A program made the position numbers and the translations under genes. From contig JBBQFH010000011.1 in the NCBI GenBank assembly GCA_038321865.1, forward strand, positions 1 to 64,000: a DNA stretch of 64,000 nt. Reading direction: 5' to 3'. Position 1 is the stretch's first letter. Each line of letters opens with the position of its first letter. Under the pieces are notes generated by a model. It was not told the origin of the DNA. It made no database searches and saw nothing but the letters and a program-made list of their open reading frames with translations. Shown piece by piece: positions 59,573-64,000 of this stretch. Source of the stretch: Gemmatimonadales bacterium (lineage in GTDB: Bacteria; Gemmatimonadota; Gemmatimonadetes; Gemmatimonadales; GWC2-71-9).

Positions 59573-59598
59573 TACTGAACTCGAACCGGGACCCGCAT

Positions 59599-60858
59599 AT
59601 GTCCGCCGCCTCTTCCGCGTCCGCATCCGATTCCCGCTGGGACGGGATCCGCCGGCCCTACACCACCGACGACGTCGAACGGCTGCGCAGCTCCGTGCGC
59701 ATTCAGCACACGCTGGCCGACCTCGGGGCGCGCCGGCTGTGGGAGCTGTTGACGTCGCGGGACTACGTGCAGGCGCTGGGCGCCCTCACCGGCAACCAGG
59801 CGGTGCAGCAGGTCCGCGCCGGGCTCGAGGCGATCTATCTGAGCGGCTGGCAGGTCGCGGCCGACGCCAACCTGGCCGGGCAGACCTACCCCGATCAGAG
59901 TCTCTATCCCGCCAACAGCGTCCCGGCGATGGTGCGCCGCCTCAACCAGGCGCTGCTCCGGTGTGACGAGATTCAGTCGTCGGAAGGAAAGCGGGGCGAG
60001 CGGTACTGGTTCGCGCCCATCGTCGCCGATGCCGAAGCCGGCTTCGGCGGGCCGCTCAACGCCTTCGAGCTGATGAAGTCGATGATCGAAGCCGGGGCGG
60101 CGGGGGTGCACTTCGAGGACCAGCTGTCCTCCGAGAAGAAGTGCGGCCATCTCGGTGGCAAGGTGCTGCTGCCGACCGGCCAGTTCATCCGCACGCTCAT
60201 CGCGGCCCGGCTCGCCGCCGACGTGCTCGATGTCCCCACCGTCCTCATTGCCCGGACCGACGCCGACAGCGCGAAGCTGCTCACCAGCGACGTGGATCCG
60301 CTGGACCACCCATTCCTCACCGGTGAGCGGAGTCCGGAGGGATTCTTCTGCGTGAGCGGCGGCCTGGCGCCCGCGATCACCCGGGCCCGGGCCTACGCCC
60401 CCTTCGCCGATCTCCTCTGGTGCGAGACCTCGACCCCGGATCTGGCCGACGCCAGGCGCTTTGCCGAGGGGGTCCACGAACGGTTCCCCGGCAAGATGCT
60501 GGCGTACAACTGCTCCCCGTCATTCAACTGGAAGCGGAAACTCGACGCCGGCACCATCGCCAAGTTCCAGCGGGAGCTCGGCGCGATGGGCTACCGCTTC
60601 CAGTTCGTCACGCTGGCGGGGTTCCATGCCCTGAACCACAGCATGTTCCAGCTCGCACGCGACTACCGCGAGCGCGGGATGTCGGCCTACGCCGAGCTGC
60701 AGGAGGCTGAGTTCGCCGCGGAAGCCGCGGGATACACCGCGACCCGCCACCAGCGCGAAGTCGGTACCGGGTACTTCGACGAGGTGACCCAGGTAATCGC
60801 GGGCGGCGCCGCCTCCACCGCGGCGCTCGGCGGATCGACCGAAGCCGCACAGTTCTGA
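59599..60858 (+). CDS. aceA: Isocitrate lyase
   Basis: [52 protein letters not shown]. Confidence 0.97.
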   Translation: MSAASSASASDSRWDGIRRPYTTDDVERLRSSVRIQHTLADLGARRLWELLTSRDYVQALGALTGNQAVQQVRAGLEAIYLSGWQVAADANLAGQTYPDQSLYPANSVPAMVRRLNQALLRCDEIQSSEGKRGERYWFAPIVADAEAGFGGPLNAFELMKSMIEAGAAGVHFEDQLSSEKKCGHLGGKVLLPTGQFIRTLIAARLAADVLDVPTVLIARTDADSAKLLTSDVDPLDHPFLTGERSPEGFFCVSGGLAPAITRARAYAPFADLLWCETSTPDLADARRFAEGVHERFPGKMLAYNCSPSFNWKRKLDAGTIAKFQRELGAMGYRFQFVTLAGFHALNHSMFQLARDYRERGMSAYAELQEAEFAAEAAGYTATRHQREVGTGYFDEVTQVIAGGAASTAALGGSTEAAQF

Positions 60859-60921
60859 CGCCTATCGTCGCCGGGTCGCGGGCGGTACTCTTGAGCGATA
60901 TCATCCTGTCATCCGGGCGCA

Positions 60922-61317
60922 ATGGCCAAGATTCTCATCGTCGAAGACAATGAGCTGAACCGGGACATGCTGTCCCGCCGGCTGATCCGCCGCGGCTATG
61001 CGGTCGTGATCGCGGCCGACGGCGCCGCCGGCGTGAGCATGGCCCTGAGCGAGCTGCCCGACCTGATCCTGCTGGACATGAGCCTCCCCGTCCTCGACGG
61101 GTGGGAGGCGGCCCGGCGCATCAAGGCCGAGCCCGCCACCCGGGGGATCCCGATCGTCGCGCTCACCGCCCATGCGATGGCGGGGGACGAGGCCCGGGCC
61201 CGCTCCGCCGGCTGCGACGAGTTCGACACCAAGCCGATCGATCTGCCACGGCTCCTGGGAAAGATCGAGGGGTGTCTGGGGACGGCATCCGGTCTGGAGC
61301 CCGCCGCGGGTTCATGA
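60922..61317 (+). CDS. Single-domain response regulator
   Basis: ILIVEDN, LLDMSLP, ALTAHAM, TKP. Confidence 0.92.
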   Translation: MAKILIVEDNELNRDMLSRRLIRRGYAVVIAADGAAGVSMALSELPDLILLDMSLPVLDGWEAARRIKAEPATRGIPIVALTAHAMAGDEARARSAGCDEFDTKPIDLPRLLGKIEGCLGTASGLEPAAGS

Positions 61318-61760
61318 CCGACCGGCCGGCCGACGCCCCCGACGCGGAGATCGTGTGCCCGGCGCGGCCGGAGAGTCTCGCGGCCCTGCTGGCGTTCGTC
61401 GCCGAGGCGTCGGCCCGGGCGGGACTCGACCGCGACAGCACCTTCGCCGTCCGGCTCGCGGCCGAGGAGGTGTGCACCAACGTTATCGCGCATGCCTACC
61501 CCAACGGTGCCGCGGGTCCGGTGCGCCTCCGCTTCCGCCGCGATCCCGCGGCGGTGCTGGTGACGGTCGAGGATCTCGGCATCCCTTTCGATCCCGCGCA
61601 GGTTGCCAGGCCAGCGGCGGATGCCGCTTGGGAGGCTCGCCCGATCGGCGGCATGGGCTGGCACCTGGTGCGGGAGAGCGTGGACGAAGTGCGGCACGAG
61701 CACCTTCCGGGCGGAGGGAACCGGCTCACGCTGGTCAAGCGGCTGTCTCCCGACCCCTGA
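61314..61760 (+). CDS. RsbW/SpoIIAB-like anti-sigma Ser kinase
   Basis: EEVCTNVIAHAY (N box), DLGIPFDP, GGMGWHLV, NRLTLVK. Confidence 0.88.
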   Translation: MTDRPADAPDAEIVCPARPESLAALLAFVAEASARAGLDRDSTFAVRLAAEEVCTNVIAHAYPNGAAGPVRLRFRRDPAAVLVTVEDLGIPFDPAQVARPAADAAWEARPIGGMGWHLVRESVDEVRHEHLPGGGNRLTLVKRLSPDP

Positions 61761-61766
61761 TTCTCT

Positions 61767-61794
61767 GAGCACGGAACCTGGAGCACGGAACATG
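61767..61794 (+). repeat. 14-bp tandem duplication at the STAS start
   Basis: GAGCACGGAACCTG / GAGCACGGAACATG with one mismatch; the second copy supplies the ATG. Confidence 0.7.
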
Positions 61795-62130
61795 GAAGTG
61801 AATGTCGAGCAGCGCGGAGGCACGTCGGTCGTGCGGATTGCGGGGAGCGTGGACGGCCTGACGTCCGACGCGCTCCAGGCGGCGCTGCATCAGCAGATCG
61901 AGGCCGGTGCCACCCGGCTGGTGGGGGATCTCAGCGCTGTCGACTACACCAGCAGCGCCGGGCTCCGGGCCCTGCTGGGGACGTTGAAGCTGGCCCGGCA
62001 GCGGGGCGGCGACCTCCGGCTCGCCGCGGTGCAGCCGGGCGTGCTGCGGGTGCTGGAGCTCAGTGGTTTCACCAGCATCCTGAAGGTCTTTCCCGATGTG
62101 GACACCGCCGTCGAGAGCTTCGGCGCGTGA
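61792..62130 (+). CDS. STAS anti-sigma-factor antagonist (RsbV/SpoIIAA-like)
   Basis: DLSAVDYTSSAGLRAL phosphorylation motif. Confidence 0.92.
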   Translation: MEVNVEQRGGTSVVRIAGSVDGLTSDALQAALHQQIEAGATRLVGDLSAVDYTSSAGLRALLGTLKLARQRGGDLRLAAVQPGVLRVLELSGFTSILKVFPDVDTAVESFGA

Positions 62131-62972
62131 AGCGTCGCGTCGCGCTGGTCATCGGGGCCGGCTCGGTCAAGTGCGCCGCCGCCCTGGGGCTCTGGCGGAC
62201 GCTCGTCCATCACGGGATCGAGCTCGACATGGTAGTGGGCTGCAGCGGCGGCAGCCTGTATGCCGCCGTGATGGCTCTGGGCTACGACGTCGAGACCTGT
62301 GAGCGGCTGACCCGGGAGCTCTGGACCCGGAAGGTGACCGAGGAGCGGAACACCCGGGGCATTCTCGCCGCGATCTTTCCCCGGACCTTCGGGTTCGACG
62401 GCAAGTTCGGCATGGTGCACGACCGGGCCATGGGGCGCGCGCTGGCCAAGCCGTTCGGCGGCCGCACCTTCGAGGAGGCGACGATTCCGCTGCACATCGT
62501 CGCCACCGACCTCGGCAACGGCCAGAAGGTCGTGCTCAGCTCGGGAAGCGTGTTCGATGCGGTGCGCGCCAGCATCGCGATTCCGTATGTCTGGCGCCCG
62601 TGGGAGGTGAACGGCCGCTGGCTGCTCGACGGCTGCATGTCGGATCCGCTGCCGGTGGATGTCGCGATGCGGGAAGGCGCCGACATCATCCTGGCCATGG
62701 GATTCGAGAGTCCCTATCCCCGTCAGGTGAAGTCGGCGACGCGCTACGCCTTCCAGGTGAACAGCATCTACACCAACAACCTCCTGCGCGCCAACTTCGC
62801 CTTCCACAATCTGGCGCACCACACCGAGATCATCCCCATCCTGCCGGAGTTCGATCGCAACATCGGCCTCTTCAGCACCGACCAGTTTCCCTACGTCATC
62901 GAGCAGGGCGCGCTCGCCACGGAGGCGCAGATCCCGTATCTCCAGCGCCTGCTGGCCGGCGCGACCAGCTAG
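62127..62972 (+). CDS. Patatin-like phospholipase
   Basis: GAGSVK oxyanion loop, GCSGG nucleophile, IVATD, ASIAIP, DGC; GTGA overlap with the STAS gene. Confidence 0.85.
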   Translation: MKRRVALVIGAGSVKCAAALGLWRTLVHHGIELDMVVGCSGGSLYAAVMALGYDVETCERLTRELWTRKVTEERNTRGILAAIFPRTFGFDGKFGMVHDRAMGRALAKPFGGRTFEEATIPLHIVATDLGNGQKVVLSSGSVFDAVRASIAIPYVWRPWEVNGRWLLDGCMSDPLPVDVAMREGADIILAMGFESPYPRQVKSATRYAFQVNSIYTNNLLRANFAFHNLAHHTEIIPILPEFDRNIGLFSTDQFPYVIEQGALATEAQIPYLQRLLAGATS

Positions 62973-62984
62973 CGGCACCCCGGC

Positions 62985-64000
62985 ATGACGACCAACGGCG
63001 GCGGGCGGATCCTGGTGGTGGACGACAACGAGTCGAACCGCGACATGCTGTCGCGCCGGCTCGCGCGCCAGGGCTACGGCGTCCAGCTGGCGAGCGGCGG
63101 CCGCGAGGCGCTCGACCGCCTGGGTGCGGAGCCGTTCGACCTCGTCCTGCTCGACATCATGATGCCCGACATGAACGGCTACGAGGTGCTCGAGCGGCTC
63201 AAGGCCGATCCGGCGCTGCAGCACATCCCGGTCATCATGATCACCGCCATGACCGAGATGGACAGCGTGGTGCGCTGCATCGAGATGGGCGCCGAGGATC
63301 ACCTGCCGAAGCCGTTCAACGCGACGCTGCTGCGGGCCCGGGTGGATGCGAGTCTCTCGAGGAAGCGGCTGCGCGACCGCGAGCAGCTTCACGCGAAGAG
63401 CATGGAACGGGAGCTCGAGATCGGCCGCAACATCCAGCGGGGATTCCTGCCGTCGGAGCTGCCGTCCGCCGCCGGATGGGAAATCGCCGCGCGCTTCCGG
63501 CCGGCGCGGCAGGTCGCCGGCGACTTCTACGACGTCTTCGCGCTGACGGACGACGGCCGGATCGCGCTGGTCGTGTCCGACGTGTGCGACAAGGGCGTGG
63601 GTGCGGCCCTGTTCATGGCGGTGTTCCGGAGCCTGCTCCGGGTGCTCCTGCGGGAATCCTACGCGGCCGCACCGGGCCGAAGCGATGCCGAGCACATCCC
63701 CCACGCCATCCGGGTATTGAGCGACTACAACGCCCGCACCCACGCCGACGCCAACATGTTCGCAACGGTGTTCTTCGGCGTGCTCGATCCGGCTACCAAC
63801 ACCCTCACCTACGTCAACGCGGGGCACGACGCCCCCGCCGTGCTGCGGCACGGATCGGTGGCCCGGCGGCTCGACCCGACGGGGCCGGCCGTCGGGCTGT
63901 TGCCCGGCCTCGAGTTCGCGGCCGCCCAGGTGGTGCTCGAGCCGGGCGACACGCTGCTCGCCTTCACCGACGGCGTCTCCGACGCGCGCGGCGCCGACGG
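62985..64000 (+). CDS. Receiver-PP2C (SpoIIE/RsbU-like) phosphatase, 3' end beyond the window edge
   Basis: Not in the ORF track; translated manually: ILVVDDN, LLDIMMP, PKP, then ELEIGRNIQ, VAGDFYD, SDVCDKG, VNAGH, FTDG. Confidence 0.92.
   Translation, partial: MTTNGGGRILVVDDNESNRDMLSRRLARQGYGVQLASGGREALDRLGAEPFDLVLLDIMMPDMNGYEVLERLKADPALQHIPVIMITAMTEMDSVVRCIEMGAEDHLPKPFNATLLRARVDASLSRKRLRDREQLHAKSMERELEIGRNIQRGFLPSELPSAAGWEIAARFRPARQVAGDFYDVFALTDDGRIALVVSDVCDKGVGAALFMAVFRSLLRVLLRESYAAAPGRSDAEHIPHAIRVLSDYNARTHADANMFATVFFGVLDPATNTLTYVNAGHDAPAVLRHGSVARRLDPTGPAVGLLPGLEFAAAQVVLEPGDTLLAFTDGVSDARGAD

Noticed and set aside
62127..62972. Patatin as a CBASS CapV-type defence effector
   Set aside because: No CD-NTase, E1/E2 or JAB genes nearby; the context is a partner-switching operon.
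1..64000. tRNA, rRNA, CRISPR arrays, IS elements, integrases, prophage genes
   Set aside because: None recognised. Intergenic gaps are short and no regularly spaced repeats or transposase/integrase motifs were seen by eye; an Infernal/tRNAscan run would be needed to exclude small RNAs.

Overview
High-GC, gene-dense bacterial chromosome segment with about 56 protein-coding genes. I found no rRNA, tRNA, CRISPR array, transposase, integrase or phage gene. The kinase-TolB_N/TPR Ser/Thr kinases, PEP-CTERM protein, RND/outer-membrane factor and many secreted hypotheticals suggest a diderm soil or aquatic organism, most likely Gemmatimonadota (inference only). Left to right: a Rieske protein running off the left edge; a DUF2090 aldolase-like / SPW-VKOR / NAD-epimerase / HMA cluster; DUF305-LVIVD-VOC-hydrolase; a GH3 glucosidase; ggt with a Tat-exported DsrE-like protein; two convergent Ser/Thr kinases; an HxlR-family regulator with an RND pump; a cytoplasmic BNR beta-propeller coupled to a ThiS/MoaD ubiquitin-like protein; PEP-CTERM, FAD oxidoreductase and GT2; sthA; split DUF4331 plus TPR; a DUF6067 glycoside hydrolase; cupredoxin lipoproteins; GH27; M28 peptidase; two hybrid histidine kinases; an SSS transporter; MarR with two ring-cleaving dioxygenases divergent from aceA; and a partner-switching module (REC, RsbW-like, STAS, patatin, REC-PP2C) running off the right edge. 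The best candidates for uncharacterised systems are the BNR+Ubl pair, the patatin inside the partner-switch module, the split DUF4331+TPR locus, the SPW-VKOR/epimerase locus and the long-loop cupredoxins. Regulatory signals are readable directly: a perfect 20-bp operator palindrome, a GTATA-N5-TATAC box, several apparent leaderless starts and a probable ATC start. All family assignments come from motif recognition, not database searches, so novelty is unverified.
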